Source: a virus
Length of the DNA: 64,000 bases
Virus record (IMG/VR): IMGVR_UViG_3300032294_002612
Coordinates: 31,732 to 95,731 of that record
Reading direction: 5' to 3' (one strand)
Under the pieces are notes generated by a model. That model had not been told where the DNA came from, searched no databases, and saw only the letters and a program-made list of their open reading frames with translations. Of this stretch, positions 21,442 to 32,760 are shown piece after piece. Every line of letters starts with the position of its first letter. Position 1 is the stretch's first letter. A program made the translations under genes and the position numbers.

Positions 21442-21699
21442 ATGTTGACGCGAAACGATTTAAGAAAATTAGGTATACAGGCAATTGATTTAAGCGAAGA
21501 AAGTTTTAAAATTGATACTTTTGCAAATAATTTAAATGATAGAATTTCTAATTTAAATTCAAAACTGCCTGTTATCGTACCACCCCCAATAGATACTTTA
21601 AGTCCAGGCAGTCCCGGTTCAATCGCTATAGATGAAGAATTTTTATACATATGCACAAAAACTAACTTTTGGAAAAGAATTGATTTAAATGAGCTTTAA
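21442..21699 (+). CDS. Small virion-fibre-associated protein (cassette 1, gene 1)
   Basis: C-terminal GSPGSIAIDEEFLYICTKTNFWKRI motif; paralog of 28364-28621; GTGTAAT at 21428. Confidence 0.7.
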   Translation: MLTRNDLRKLGIQAIDLSEESFKIDTFANNLNDRISNLNSKLPVIVPPPIDTLSPGSPGSIAIDEEFLYICTKTNFWKRIDLNEL

Positions 21700-22325
21700 T
21701 AATAGAAAATTAGGAATTGTTATTCAAAATCCTTATTTAAATCCATTAAAGGAAATTAGCGGAATTTTATCAAATAATTACAATAATTATGTTTCTGGAT
21801 CTGGATTTTTAAATTTTACTGGAACTCGTTTTATTAGCGGCGTTGCTTCTAATGTAACTATAGCGATTCCGATAACCGGACAAGATAATTTATTAATTTA
21901 TTAATATGGCAAATGTTCCCAAAACTATTAATTTAAACTCACAATGGTCAGAAAATTGTGCATATCTATCTAATCCTATCTTGGATGAGCATGTAAACCC
22001 ATCATTCACCGATAGTGGAATTTATTATTTTAATTTATTGAATTCTTTAAATGGTTTAACCAGTGGTAATTTTACTACTGGTTTATTAAATAATAATAAT
22101 TATAAATTTACATGCAATCTTAAAACTGGTATTAACAATGCATCTGGGACGCGGGGAGTTATAAGTTTTCCAAATGACAATAACCCCCTTGGCTTGTACG
22201 GAACGTTTATTAGTGGTAATTTTTATCGATCAACGTCTTTTTTTGGAACCTATAGCTATTCAATAATGTCTACTGGAAATCCTCAAGACACAGTCATAAC
22301 ATTTTATAGTAATATTAATCATTAA
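21689..22325 (+). pseudogene. Cassette 1, gene 2, split into two ORFs (21689-21904 and 21906-22325)
   Basis: The two pieces match the N- and C-termini of 28626-30821; a single extra base near 21903 separates them. Confidence 0.5.
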
Positions 22326-22329
22326 TAAT

Positions 22330-24294
22330 ATGCAAACGAAACCAGGTTCAGAAAACGTATTTTATATAGAATTTAATGGTGGAAAAATAACATCACCAGT
22401 ACCATCGCAATTCACTTATTATGGACAAGGGTTTAGCTGGGTTGATGTTGCAAATTTTGTTGACACAAATGGGACATATATTGATTTGGTGAGAGATCTT
22501 GTGTTAGGTAAATATATTAATGAAATTAATGTACCAGCGTCTATTTCAATGCAGTCCCAGAAAACTTTTATTACACAATGGGTCGGAAAATTTTATGAAA
22601 TATTTGATGTTAATGTAACTGACGAAATAAATATATTTAATGGAGCCAATAAAAAGAAGAGATGGAGATGTATTGTAACTCGTCGTCCATCTGCTGAAAA
22701 TTATAACAATTTATTAAATAATTTTCAAGAAAATACTTCTTATCCGTATTCATGGAGAAGATTTTTGGTTGGAACGGCTTTCAATACTTATGGTTTATTG
22801 ATTGCATCTGCCTTGGGTATCCAGCTTTCTGAAATTAACATGAATTGGCATCTAAATGGAGGGTTTACTGAAGGCGGCGGTAATTTATTGGGGAATAGGG
22901 CTTTGCCATGGAGTGACCCAGCAATGAATTATCCATGTTTTGTTTTTGAAAATTCTACATCTAGAAGGTATGTATTGCAAACAGCCAACTTTTTCCAAAC
23001 GCCTCAAATGATACCGTATGGGCAGAGCGCTGATATTGTTAAATATAACACTACTGTAGCCCAGGCCGTAGCACACGAATTAGGACATAATTGTGGTATT
23101 TTAGAACATGAAAGCTATTTTAATGAGGAATATTATATGGGACACACCCCATGGGGACCTCTTATGGGATTTCCTTATAAAAGTCGGGCAACACAAGGGC
23201 TTGAGACTCTAATTCAATGGTCAAAAGGCGAATATCGTGGAGCAAGAGATAATGTAGATGATATACTAAAATTACAAGAATATATTCCATTTATAAAAAA
23301 ACCTAAAAAATCAAAAAATACTGCAAATGCAAATGATGTGAAAACTTTTGAACTGGTACATAATTCTGACGTTCCTAAATGGGACCAAAATTTAGGATAT
23401 AATGTAAGAACTCTTACAAAATCTGATGTTGTTACTGATGATGATGGTAGAAAAAGTATAAAAGGAATGATTGGTTTTCAATATGATTTTGATGTTTTCA
23501 AAATTTTATTACCAGAAGGGACGTACAATTTTTCGATAGATCCACTTGCTTATGGATTAGGGAATGCCAATTCAAGTAGTCCATCAATGTTTGATCCAGA
23601 TATACTACTATTAAATTGTCACTGTCAGAGATCAAAAGAAGAAGCAAATCCAAGTTGTAATCAAAATGACTTACCATCTTTCTACCCAGATAATATAGCA
23701 CAAAATAAAATGCAATGTGTTGCATTTAATCCAGATATAGGTGGTAATTATACACCAATACAACAATTTTCTCCAGACAATGGGTTTAGTATGAAAATAG
23801 CTACTGCGTCATTAAGTAAAAGAAGCATTGTATATTTAATGATTAGAGGTGATAAAAATTTAACACCTAGTGATGGTTGGAGTAGGTACGGTTCTGTAGG
23901 AAAATACAATTTAAGAATCACTAGAAATTCAAAAAATGGTTTTTCAGATGATCCTTCTACATTTTTATCTAATAATATTTTGCCGAAAGCTAGATGTGAA
24001 GAATATAATGTATGTAATAATAATACTTTTAACCAAGTACTATTATATGTCCAAGATGAAATTGGCTCGTCTGGAAATCAAAATGAAGAGCATTTTTTAG
24101 AAATCGATACTATAAAGAATGGCGAAATCGAAAAGAAAAAATTTCTTGTATATGGACAACCAATTGATTCAAAAACAAACACAGATACTCCAGAATATAG
24201 TGATAGATTTTTCTTAACAATTCCTATAAATGGTGAATGTAAAAAACAAGAATTTGTTGTTGGCAACGATTGGGAAAAGAAAAAAGAAGAATAA
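22330..24294 (+). CDS. Metzincin zinc metalloprotease with PPC-like and conserved C-terminal domains (cassette 1, gene 3)
   Basis: HELGHNCGILEH, Met-turn WGPLMG, QWSKGEY, GMIGFQYDFDVF, RYGSVGKY. Confidence 0.85.
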   Translation: MQTKPGSENVFYIEFNGGKITSPVPSQFTYYGQGFSWVDVANFVDTNGTYIDLVRDLVLGKYINEINVPASISMQSQKTFITQWVGKFYEIFDVNVTDEINIFNGANKKKRWRCIVTRRPSAENYNNLLNNFQENTSYPYSWRRFLVGTAFNTYGLLIASALGIQLSEINMNWHLNGGFTEGGGNLLGNRALPWSDPAMNYPCFVFENSTSRRYVLQTANFFQTPQMIPYGQSADIVKYNTTVAQAVAHELGHNCGILEHESYFNEEYYMGHTPWGPLMGFPYKSRATQGLETLIQWSKGEYRGARDNVDDILKLQEYIPFIKKPKKSKNTANANDVKTFELVHNSDVPKWDQNLGYNVRTLTKSDVVTDDDGRKSIKGMIGFQYDFDVFKILLPEGTYNFSIDPLAYGLGNANSSSPSMFDPDILLLNCHCQRSKEEANPSCNQNDLPSFYPDNIAQNKMQCVAFNPDIGGNYTPIQQFSPDNGFSMKIATASLSKRSIVYLMIRGDKNLTPSDGWSRYGSVGKYNLRITRNSKNGFSDDPSTFLSNNILPKARCEEYNVCNNNTFNQVLLYVQDEIGSSGNQNEEHFLEIDTIKNGEIEKKKFLVYGQPIDSKTNTDTPEYSDRFFLTIPINGECKKQEFVVGNDWEKKKEE

Positions 24295-24297
24295 ATT

Positions 24298-26580
24298 ATG
24301 AAACCGGCATTTATACAATATAGAAATTTAAATACTGAAAATAATTATGAAATTTATTCAGACAATGGCAATGCATTTGATTTAAGAGGCGCGCCTGTTA
24401 CGAATATTAGTCCCGCGCAATTAAAATTTGGCACCACAGTTAATGTAGATGACGATGTAAAGAAAATTTATGTTATTCCAAAAGTTTATGATTTTATAAT
24501 TAGTGGAAATTCTAATCCACAATTATCTGGATTAAAATTTTATAAAACAACGGGGGTTTTTAATTCTAACCCAGTTTATTTTGACCAAACAGACTTATAT
24601 GCTTTATGGAAAGTTTCTACAATCAATACCTGGTTCATCACAACAAAAGATAGAATTGGAACTTTTACTACAGGTCCGTCGTTTGGATTTTATCAACCGA
24701 ATGGTTCTATTAAACCTATTACTGGATCCTATACTGGAGTAAATTGGAGTGGCTCATTTTCAATTTTAAATATAGATAATAAACTTCGTGTTTATAACAC
24801 TCCTGGGTTTAGTGGTTTTGCTGGTGATTATACTACAGGAGTATTTACAGTAGGTTTGCGTTTAGCTGGTGGCGGCCCTTTTAGTATGGTATCGAAAACA
24901 GGTTTTAGAAATAATCAAAATTCGAGATTTTATATACTTAAAGACGATTCACCAAACAGGTGGGTTGGATTAGAATGGCCTTTAGGCGCTCTTCCAGCAT
25001 CAACAACTTGGTATAGCGTAATAAATTCAGATGCATATCCACCAGTAACAGGTTGGCAATTGGGGGATAATTCCGCACCATTTTCAGTAATTGTTGGATC
25101 TAATGCATTACCAACTCCAGAAATGAATTTTGGAACATGCCCAGGAAATACTTTAATATATCCAGATTATATATATAAAGCTTATAGTCAAGATCCAGAT
25201 ATTAATAAAATTTATTTTTATTCTGGTGGCACATTGAGTTCCAGCGGAACAAGTAATCTTTTCCCAAATAATGAAAACTTATCTGATATGTTTCCAGATT
25301 TGTATAATACATATTTTGACAAACAATTTTTTTATTCTGATCTTCAAAAGAATAATAGATATTTCCTATTTAAAACTTATACAAAAAGTATGTATGAAAT
25401 AGTAGATTTGTGGTATATAGTAAAATCACCATCTAGTTACAATAATAGTGGTTATTATTACTGGGTATCTCAAGATGATTATATTACTGGTGACAGAAAT
25501 AATTATTTTAATAGTGCAAGAAAAATTTATAAACCCCATGGAACTCAAATAAATAATTTAAAAGATATTACCATAGATATTCAAGAAGATTCTTTAAATA
25601 AAGAAAGTCCTTACAAAAAAGATTTTAATTTGCAAAATTTTTCTGGAGAACTATTAATTAAAACTACGGGGAATAATTATGTAAATGATTTTTATAAATT
25701 ACAAAAAATCAATAGTGGTAGATTTAACGGGTTAACTGGAATTAGTGGGCAATTTTTTATATTTGCAAATCCAAATTTTAATCTTTCTGGGGTGACATGT
25801 GGAAATCAAGCTTTTACACTTAATCCATCTGCTAGCGTATTTAATGGTAGCGGAAGACTGCAATTCGTAAGAGCAACAGAGGGTTTCCAATTTGAAGTAC
25901 AATTTACGAGAAATTTACAGAGTGGATGGAATCCCACGGGCATTACTTTAGTACCATCTTCAAGTCAATCTAATGTGCCATCAGGATTTATAAGGGAAGA
26001 ATTCTATTTACCATTAAGCCAACTCGGTGGCGGAAATTTATTTTTTAGAATGCGTGGGGTTCCGGCTGTTTGGAAAATTTTAAATTCTGATTATAGTTTC
26101 ACTAACTTTAAAAATTGTCAACCAAGTGCTAATATTTTACCATATAATTATTTTTCTACTGGGGTGGTCAGTGGAGATCCATTTCTTAATCTTAATTATG
26201 AAATCGTTCCAGTTTATAAACATAATGAACTTATTGATAATAGGAAAATGCTAAAATTAGATTCCCAATATAATTATAGTCAAGTTAGTGGCATTTTTAA
26301 TTTAAATACTGGACAATCGTTTGTTTTTCAATTTTTTAACGAACAGCGTCTTACTGGAATTATTTTTGAAAAATCTGGTAATAATATTTTAGGTCGTTTA
26401 AATAGTTATTCAAATTTTAATTCTACTTTTGAGGGTCAGATTAATAGTGAAAATGTAACAAGAATTATTGTTAATAATGAATCTAAAAATTCAATATATT
26501 ATATATTTAGGTCTGGCGCATCTTCATCTATTAGTAAACTGGCTTATGATAAATGTTATATATTCTGCGGTATAGCTTAA
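24298..26580 (+). CDS. Putative virion structural or fibre protein (cassette 1, gene 4)
   Basis: Paralog of 32761-36252 (MKPxFIxYxNL, SGNSxPQLSGL, IDNKLRVYNTPG, PEMNFGxCxGNTLIYP) without the propeller repeats. Confidence 0.65.
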   Translation: MKPAFIQYRNLNTENNYEIYSDNGNAFDLRGAPVTNISPAQLKFGTTVNVDDDVKKIYVIPKVYDFIISGNSNPQLSGLKFYKTTGVFNSNPVYFDQTDLYALWKVSTINTWFITTKDRIGTFTTGPSFGFYQPNGSIKPITGSYTGVNWSGSFSILNIDNKLRVYNTPGFSGFAGDYTTGVFTVGLRLAGGGPFSMVSKTGFRNNQNSRFYILKDDSPNRWVGLEWPLGALPASTTWYSVINSDAYPPVTGWQLGDNSAPFSVIVGSNALPTPEMNFGTCPGNTLIYPDYIYKAYSQDPDINKIYFYSGGTLSSSGTSNLFPNNENLSDMFPDLYNTYFDKQFFYSDLQKNNRYFLFKTYTKSMYEIVDLWYIVKSPSSYNNSGYYYWVSQDDYITGDRNNYFNSARKIYKPHGTQINNLKDITIDIQEDSLNKESPYKKDFNLQNFSGELLIKTTGNNYVNDFYKLQKINSGRFNGLTGISGQFFIFANPNFNLSGVTCGNQAFTLNPSASVFNGSGRLQFVRATEGFQFEVQFTRNLQSGWNPTGITLVPSSSQSNVPSGFIREEFYLPLSQLGGGNLFFRMRGVPAVWKILNSDYSFTNFKNCQPSANILPYNYFSTGVVSGDPFLNLNYEIVPVYKHNELIDNRKMLKLDSQYNYSQVSGIFNLNTGQSFVFQFFNEQRLTGIIFEKSGNNILGRLNSYSNFNSTFEGQINSENVTRIIVNNESKNSIYYIFRSGASSSISKLAYDKCYIFCGIA

Positions 26581-26586
26581 AAATTT

Positions 26587-28326
26587 ATGAAACCAATAAT
26601 TAAAATTTGTTTTGATCAACTTGCCTATTCAAATCGCCAATATCAAATTATGTTAAGAGATTTTAATCTTGATTGTACGCCCAGCAGCGAAGTTAATTGG
26701 ATATTAGGTGGCAGCTTAGAGAATTTAATCGTTTTTCCTAGCGCTGGTAATATTAATAAAACGTTGATTATAGATCAAGTCAAACAATATTTCGAAATAT
26801 TTGATATTACAGTGCAAGAAGCATGTTTCTCATCTGACGAGTTTAATACTGAAACAAATGTTTTGGTAAAAGTTATGAGTTTAAAAGTTTTTGAAGATTT
26901 TTATAGAAGTAAAAATTTTAATGATATACCCGATTTATTTAGAGGTTTTAAAAAATTCTTTTGTGTATGGCCTGGAGAAGCTATTGGTGTTACATTCGTA
27001 CCAAAAGCAAATCCTTTTCAAATACCAGCTGATTTGGGCCTCCATTCCCCATGCTGTCTAGTACTTACTGATTTTTACCGAAATGAAGATGTTTCTACGT
27101 ATCAACAATTTATTCCAGAACAAATTGCTTCGGCTATTGTCCATGAAGCTGGGCACGTACTGGGGCTACAACATCAAGGTGATTTAAGAAATAAATCTAG
27201 AGACGGACTTAATTATTACGGAAGAGAATATCAACACGAAAGCGATTGGTGTCCTGTGATGGGCCGTAGTAGAAGATCAGTTCAAGGACTATCCCAGTGG
27301 ACTGATGGGTTATATCCATCTGCATGGAGTCCGGTTGGAGAACAAAATGATATAGAAACTATGATGGTTTCATGGGGATTAAAAAAACGTCCCCCTTATA
27401 TTAATTATAATATTAAAACAAATTACGGAATACCCCAAAAATTACCAAGATTAGCTAGAATGATTACAAAAGAAGATATTATATCCGCACCGAATGGAGA
27501 TAAAGCTATAGAAGGAATGATTGGACATCCGTATGATTATGATATTTTAAAAATCGTATTAGAAGCTGGACAATATTCTTTTTCTATAGATAGTTCAATT
27601 GCGGCTAATAAAGTTGGCGTGACATTAGATCCGAATATGACTAATTTATACTGTGAATGCGAATTAAATAAAGAAAAAGAAAATATTAATATTTCTAATT
27701 CAGACGCTTTTCAAGGTGAATGGCCGACAAATGCAGTATTTAAAAAAATAGGATTTGATAGAGACGAAACGCATATTCGTTTTGATGGAAGGCTAGATGC
27801 TTTTAAATTTAAAACATCAAAATTTGATTTAAATTTAGATAAAACCACACTTGTTTATATTAAAGTTTGTGGCGATTGGAAAGATCCCGTAGATGGAACA
27901 AAAATGGCTACCGAAGTTGGAAAAGGTTATGGTCAATACGGTTCAATGGGTAGATATTATTTAAAATTTGAAGGTAAAGCTCCGCTAGGATCTAAAAATG
28001 ATTCGATACCAAATGCGCACTGTGAAATATTTACATATTGTGATAATGGGCAATATAATCAAAAAATTGCGCTTTTAGTCCAAGATTCTAAAGACGAAGC
28101 TATTCAAGGTTCTTTGCAGGGTATTCACACCAAGGAGTATGATATTATTTTAAACGGAGAGACTGAAAAGCGAAAATTTTTAGTTTATGGGGAGCCAAAA
28201 CCATTAACTTATAACCCGCCAGCAGGAGTAAACAAGTTTTATCTTACGATTTTAGATCCATCAACCAATGAATGTAAAAAACAAGAATTTATAGTTGGCC
28301 AAATTTTGCCAGATAAGTTAATTTAA
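26587..28326 (+). CDS. Metzincin zinc metalloprotease (cassette 1, gene 5)
   Basis: HEAGHVLGLQH, WCPVMG, QWTDG, GMIGHPYDYD, QYGSMGRY. Confidence 0.88.
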   Translation: MKPIIKICFDQLAYSNRQYQIMLRDFNLDCTPSSEVNWILGGSLENLIVFPSAGNINKTLIIDQVKQYFEIFDITVQEACFSSDEFNTETNVLVKVMSLKVFEDFYRSKNFNDIPDLFRGFKKFFCVWPGEAIGVTFVPKANPFQIPADLGLHSPCCLVLTDFYRNEDVSTYQQFIPEQIASAIVHEAGHVLGLQHQGDLRNKSRDGLNYYGREYQHESDWCPVMGRSRRSVQGLSQWTDGLYPSAWSPVGEQNDIETMMVSWGLKKRPPYINYNIKTNYGIPQKLPRLARMITKEDIISAPNGDKAIEGMIGHPYDYDILKIVLEAGQYSFSIDSSIAANKVGVTLDPNMTNLYCECELNKEKENINISNSDAFQGEWPTNAVFKKIGFDRDETHIRFDGRLDAFKFKTSKFDLNLDKTTLVYIKVCGDWKDPVDGTKMATEVGKGYGQYGSMGRYYLKFEGKAPLGSKNDSIPNAHCEIFTYCDNGQYNQKIALLVQDSKDEAIQGSLQGIHTKEYDIILNGETEKRKFLVYGEPKPLTYNPPAGVNKFYLTILDPSTNECKKQEFIVGQILPDKLI

Positions 28327-28363
28327 AAAATTATTCTTGATATAAAAAAGTGTAATATAGCTT

Positions 28364-28621
28364 ATGTTATCACGCGCTGATTATAAAAAACTTGGACTTC
28401 CTTATATAGATCAATCTGATGAAGCTGCTAGAATTAATTTATATACAAACTCTTTGTATGAAAGATTAAATACTTTGCAATCTATTATTCCTTTTGTTAC
28501 ATCTGTACCACAAGACTCGCAATCAACGGGTAAACCTGGGAATATCGCTATAGATAGTGAATATTTTTATATCTGTACGGAAACGAATAATTGGAAAAGA
28601 ATTCCACTAAACGAAATTTAA
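28364..28621 (+). CDS. Small virion-fibre-associated protein (cassette 2, gene 1)
   Basis: GKPGNIAIDSEYFYICTETNNWKRI; GTGTAAT at 28350. Confidence 0.7.
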   Translation: MLSRADYKKLGLPYIDQSDEAARINLYTNSLYERLNTLQSIIPFVTSVPQDSQSTGKPGNIAIDSEYFYICTETNNWKRIPLNEI

Positions 28622-28625
28622 ATTA

Positions 28626-30821
28626 ATGTCAGATATTAATAGAAAATTAGGAATTGTTCCTGTCGGTACTCCAGACATGAATCCTTTGTATTCTGCTAGT
28701 GCGGCGATTGATTCTGAAATCAACACTTTTAAAATTACTTCAATACGAAATACTTCTAATATCTCTGACCAGTTCAACATTTTTTCAAAACAAAATATAA
28801 TAAATTTTAATAGTAGCAATTTACCTAATAATTTTTCTTTAAAGCAATCATTAACTGGTATTGGTCTTGGTCGATCAATAGCTACAAGTAAAGACGGGAC
28901 AGTTTTTGTTATTGGTAATTCGCTTTTAAATGGCGCTGAAATTTATACTGGTAATTTAAATAATACATGGCGATTAAAACAGTCATTAATAAATAATACA
29001 TTTAGTGGTGTTTTCGGAGAACGTGTTTCTATAAATACTTCCGGAACTGTCATAGTTCTGAATGCCAATAGTGGGGTTACGCTTATTTATACGGGTAACG
29101 CTCAATCAAATTGGGTGCTAAAACAAACATTAAGTGGTAATAATGTTAATGATTCATTTGCACGCAATCTTACGATAAATAATTCTGAGAATGTTTTAGC
29201 GATAGGTCGTCCGACTTATAATGGTGGCGTCGGTGGCGCATCTATTTATACTGGTAATTCTCAATTAGGTTGGCGATTAAAACAAGAAATTAATATTAAT
29301 AGTGGTAGCGGCGCGGCTTACGGCACCAGTATAGCCATGAACGATAATGCCACTGTTTTAATGATGGGTGGTCCTTCTGATTCATATCCGCCAGAAGGAG
29401 GCATTATATTTGGGGGAGCCCTTATTTATACGGGAAATCCTCAATTAGGATGGAACTTTAAACAAAAATTGAGTGCTGATAGTTTTGCTGATGAATTCGG
29501 AACAAGTGTTGCCATAAATAAAGATGGAACAGTTTTGGCAATGGGTGGTATTTATGACGCCCCAAATGATCCCGGTTCAGTAATGGTTTTTACAGGTAAT
29601 TCTCAAATAGGTTGGGGGCTTAAACAAAAATTAATTGGAGACAGTCTTAATGATAATTTTGGAGCAAGTGTCTCTATAAATGATCTTGGGTCTGTTATAG
29701 TTATGGGCGGGCCTCTTGATGATGATGGCGGAAATAATGCTGGAGCTGCGATTGTTTATTCTGGCACCCCTGAAAATGGGTGGCAACCCATGCAAAAAAT
29801 TACGGGTAATAGTGGTGATCGTTTGGGGCGCAGCACTGCAATAAATAGTGATGGAACAATGATATTAATAGCTGGGGGTTTTAACAGTTTAATAGGTGGA
29901 ATTAGTGGCCGGACTGTTGTTTATACAGGTAATTTTTTAGATAATTTATATCAAATTAACCCAAATAACGAAAATATTGTTGAAGTCGGAACAGAGCCGT
30001 TAATTATTAAAGTATCTGGAGCATGGAGTGGAAATGGAGTTAAATGGGAAGCGAGCAAAGATAAAATTAATTGGACAGGATTTAATTTAAGAGAAAATTT
30101 TAATCTAACAGGTCAAACTTCTCTCACTAATAGTGGAGTTTTTGTATTCAGTGGTAATATACCAAATGGTTATCCATATTTAAGATTACAAAATCTTCGA
30201 AATAAGATAGATTTAATTACAGATACCCGAAGAGAAGAAAGCGCTCGTACGAGAACATCTTGGACTCCACCTAATTATACAAGTAGTGGTACAATATATG
30301 GAAATTTAATTTATTATAGTCCAGATAATTCAAATTTTGAGTCTGAATGGCCAAAACCATGTGAATATTTTAATAACGAAATTTTAGCATCTGAATTTCC
30401 GGTAGAATTAAAAGGAATCAATGAATTAGGTATGTCTATACCATATATAATTTCATCAGGTATTTCTGGATATAATATAATTCAAAGCCTATTAAATACA
30501 TCCACAGGTATGTCATCTGTCATTGATGGAAGTTTTTTTGAAAAAAGTAAATACGAATTTGCTGTAAAACAAAAAATAGTAACAGGAAATCAAATAGCCA
30601 TTGTTGGTAATATAATCTCGTTGAATCCTTTAGCTACCTTATCTAGCCTCGCTCCATCGAAACTTATCGGAACTTTCTTATTAGAAACTTCTGGAGATAG
30701 ACAAAATTTAATAACATTTTTTAATAACTCTGATAATAACATCTATTATGTAGAATCAAAATCAAATAATCAATCAACTACTTATCAAGTTGATAATACA
30801 ATTCATATTTGCGGGGAATAA
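28626..30821 (+). CDS. FG-GAP-like beta-propeller repeat protein (cassette 2, gene 2)
   Basis: About 7 repeats of YTG...W.LKQ.L.G....FG.SV.IN.DG.V. Confidence 0.8.
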   Translation: MSDINRKLGIVPVGTPDMNPLYSASAAIDSEINTFKITSIRNTSNISDQFNIFSKQNIINFNSSNLPNNFSLKQSLTGIGLGRSIATSKDGTVFVIGNSLLNGAEIYTGNLNNTWRLKQSLINNTFSGVFGERVSINTSGTVIVLNANSGVTLIYTGNAQSNWVLKQTLSGNNVNDSFARNLTINNSENVLAIGRPTYNGGVGGASIYTGNSQLGWRLKQEININSGSGAAYGTSIAMNDNATVLMMGGPSDSYPPEGGIIFGGALIYTGNPQLGWNFKQKLSADSFADEFGTSVAINKDGTVLAMGGIYDAPNDPGSVMVFTGNSQIGWGLKQKLIGDSLNDNFGASVSINDLGSVIVMGGPLDDDGGNNAGAAIVYSGTPENGWQPMQKITGNSGDRLGRSTAINSDGTMILIAGGFNSLIGGISGRTVVYTGNFLDNLYQINPNNENIVEVGTEPLIIKVSGAWSGNGVKWEASKDKINWTGFNLRENFNLTGQTSLTNSGVFVFSGNIPNGYPYLRLQNLRNKIDLITDTRREESARTRTSWTPPNYTSSGTIYGNLIYYSPDNSNFESEWPKPCEYFNNEILASEFPVELKGINELGMSIPYIISSGISGYNIIQSLLNTSTGMSSVIDGSFFEKSKYEFAVKQKIVTGNQIAIVGNIISLNPLATLSSLAPSKLIGTFLLETSGDRQNLITFFNNSDNNIYYVESKSNNQSTTYQVDNTIHICGE

Positions 30822-30828
30822 TTTTAAT

Positions 30829-32757
30829 ATGCAATCAAAACCAAATTCAAAAAATGTAATTTATGTAAATTTTAATGGTGAAACTATTCAAAATAATGCA
30901 ATTTTAGGTTCTCAATCATTAACAAATTATATTGGATGGGTGGCTTATGCAAATGAGTGGGATATTGATGGTACGATAATTACAGATAATAATAGAATTT
31001 CTAGTATAAAAGTGCCCCCCGCATCTGCTACGGGCTTAACAATTGACACTCAAAATATTTTAAAACAATTGGCTAATAAATATGATATATTTGACGTAAA
31101 TGTCACAGATGAAAGAGGGGTTTATGAGAACGCAAGTGGATTCAAATGCATGCTAATCGTTACAGGAAGACCTTCTATAAACGAATTTAATCAACTCACT
31201 GCGGCAAATAACCGATCAGAAAATACTATATGGCCATATTCTTATAGAAGATTTATTTCCAATCCTTTAAATGATAGTTTTTCTTTTTGGTCAGCAGCTG
31301 GTTTAGCAGGAACAGCTAGTATTTTAGGAACCGTAATCGCTTCAAATTTATCTTTTGATATTTTTAAACCAATGATTGCATTTCTTTGGGTTAATGCTCC
31401 AAATGCTGTTAGGAAGAAAATAAATGAAAATCAGTATGAAACAAATTTCATTCAAAGTTCCAGTCCAGCCGTAGTATTCAATACTCAAAAAATATCTCGT
31501 ACAGCAGCTCATGAGGCTGGTCATCTTTTTGGTTTATGGCATGATAGTCAAATGCCAGATAAAGAATATTATAATGGTCATAATGACTGGGCTCCAATAA
31601 TGGGATGGCCAGGCACACGCCTACTTCAGCAATGGAGTAAAGGCGAGTATTTTGGCCACGTTCAAAGTGTTGCACCTCTTGGTGGACAAGGAAATATAAA
31701 CTACAATTTTTTTGGATCTCCCCAAGATGATTTAATAATTATTGGAAGTCAACTCGGTTTTATAAAATCTCCTAAAAACAGTATATCAAAAACAAATGTT
31801 CGCGCGAGTGATTATGAAAAATATGAACTTATAGCAAATCAAGATGCATGTTGGTATAATATGGATAATTTAGGTGTTTATAGTCGTGTAATTAGCCAGT
31901 CGGATGTTGTTACTTTTAATAATAAAAAAGTGATAGAAGGTATGATTGGTTTTCCAGGAGACTTCGAAATAATAAAAATGGTGTTACAACGTGGAACATA
32001 TAATTTTACAATAGACCCAATTTGGCATAACCCCGAATCAATGCTAGATATTAACATGCAAATTTTTAATTGTCATTGTCATAAGGCCAAAGAAGATTCC
32101 GCAGTAAATTGTAATAAAGAAGATTTACCGACTACTTATCCAGAGAATATATCATCAGAAAATTTCCAATGCATATCTTTTGATAATTGTTTGGATAAGT
32201 ATAAATATGATAATTTTTTGGTCACTACCCCTCCAGATAATGATTTTAATGGTTTAACTGTAACAGTAACATTACCTTATACCCAAATTGTGTATTTACG
32301 AATCGCAGGCGATAAACAAAACCCAATCGAAAATGGATGGTCAGTATATAGTTCAGTTGGTAAGTATTATTTAGAAATAACAAAAAATGGAAATAATAAC
32401 CCAGAAGCGTTCTTACAATCATCTAGTACCGCACCATTACCAGTATGTAATTGTGAAGAATATACATATTGTGATGGCGGAAATAATAAAACAATAATCT
32501 TATTTACGCAAGAGGAAGGCGAGGCAAAAGGTACGTCCAATACAGCTGGAGCGCACATAAAAGAATATACAGCCGTGTTGAATGGTGAGCCAAAAACTAA
32601 AAAATTTTTAGTATACGGAGGGCCTTTGAATATTAGTACCGACTGTGCTAAGGAGGGAAAATTTTGTCTTGATGTTTATGATAGCACAACTCAAAAATGT
32701 GTAAAACAAGAATTTGTTGTTGGTGGGGACTGGGAAAAGAAAAAAGAAATACAATAA
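30829..32757 (+). CDS. Metzincin zinc metalloprotease (cassette 2, gene 3)
   Basis: HEAGHLFGLWH, WAPIMG, QWSKGEY; start reassigned to MQSKPNSK by analogy with MQTKPGSE of 22330. Confidence 0.88.
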   Translation: MQSKPNSKNVIYVNFNGETIQNNAILGSQSLTNYIGWVAYANEWDIDGTIITDNNRISSIKVPPASATGLTIDTQNILKQLANKYDIFDVNVTDERGVYENASGFKCMLIVTGRPSINEFNQLTAANNRSENTIWPYSYRRFISNPLNDSFSFWSAAGLAGTASILGTVIASNLSFDIFKPMIAFLWVNAPNAVRKKINENQYETNFIQSSSPAVVFNTQKISRTAAHEAGHLFGLWHDSQMPDKEYYNGHNDWAPIMGWPGTRLLQQWSKGEYFGHVQSVAPLGGQGNINYNFFGSPQDDLIIIGSQLGFIKSPKNSISKTNVRASDYEKYELIANQDACWYNMDNLGVYSRVISQSDVVTFNNKKVIEGMIGFPGDFEIIKMVLQRGTYNFTIDPIWHNPESMLDINMQIFNCHCHKAKEDSAVNCNKEDLPTTYPENISSENFQCISFDNCLDKYKYDNFLVTTPPDNDFNGLTVTVTLPYTQIVYLRIAGDKQNPIENGWSVYSSVGKYYLEITKNGNNNPEAFLQSSSTAPLPVCNCEEYTYCDGGNNKTIILFTQEEGEAKGTSNTAGAHIKEYTAVLNGEPKTKKFLVYGGPLNISTDCAKEGKFCLDVYDSTTQKCVKQEFVVGGDWEKKKEIQ

Positions 32758-32760
32758 ATT

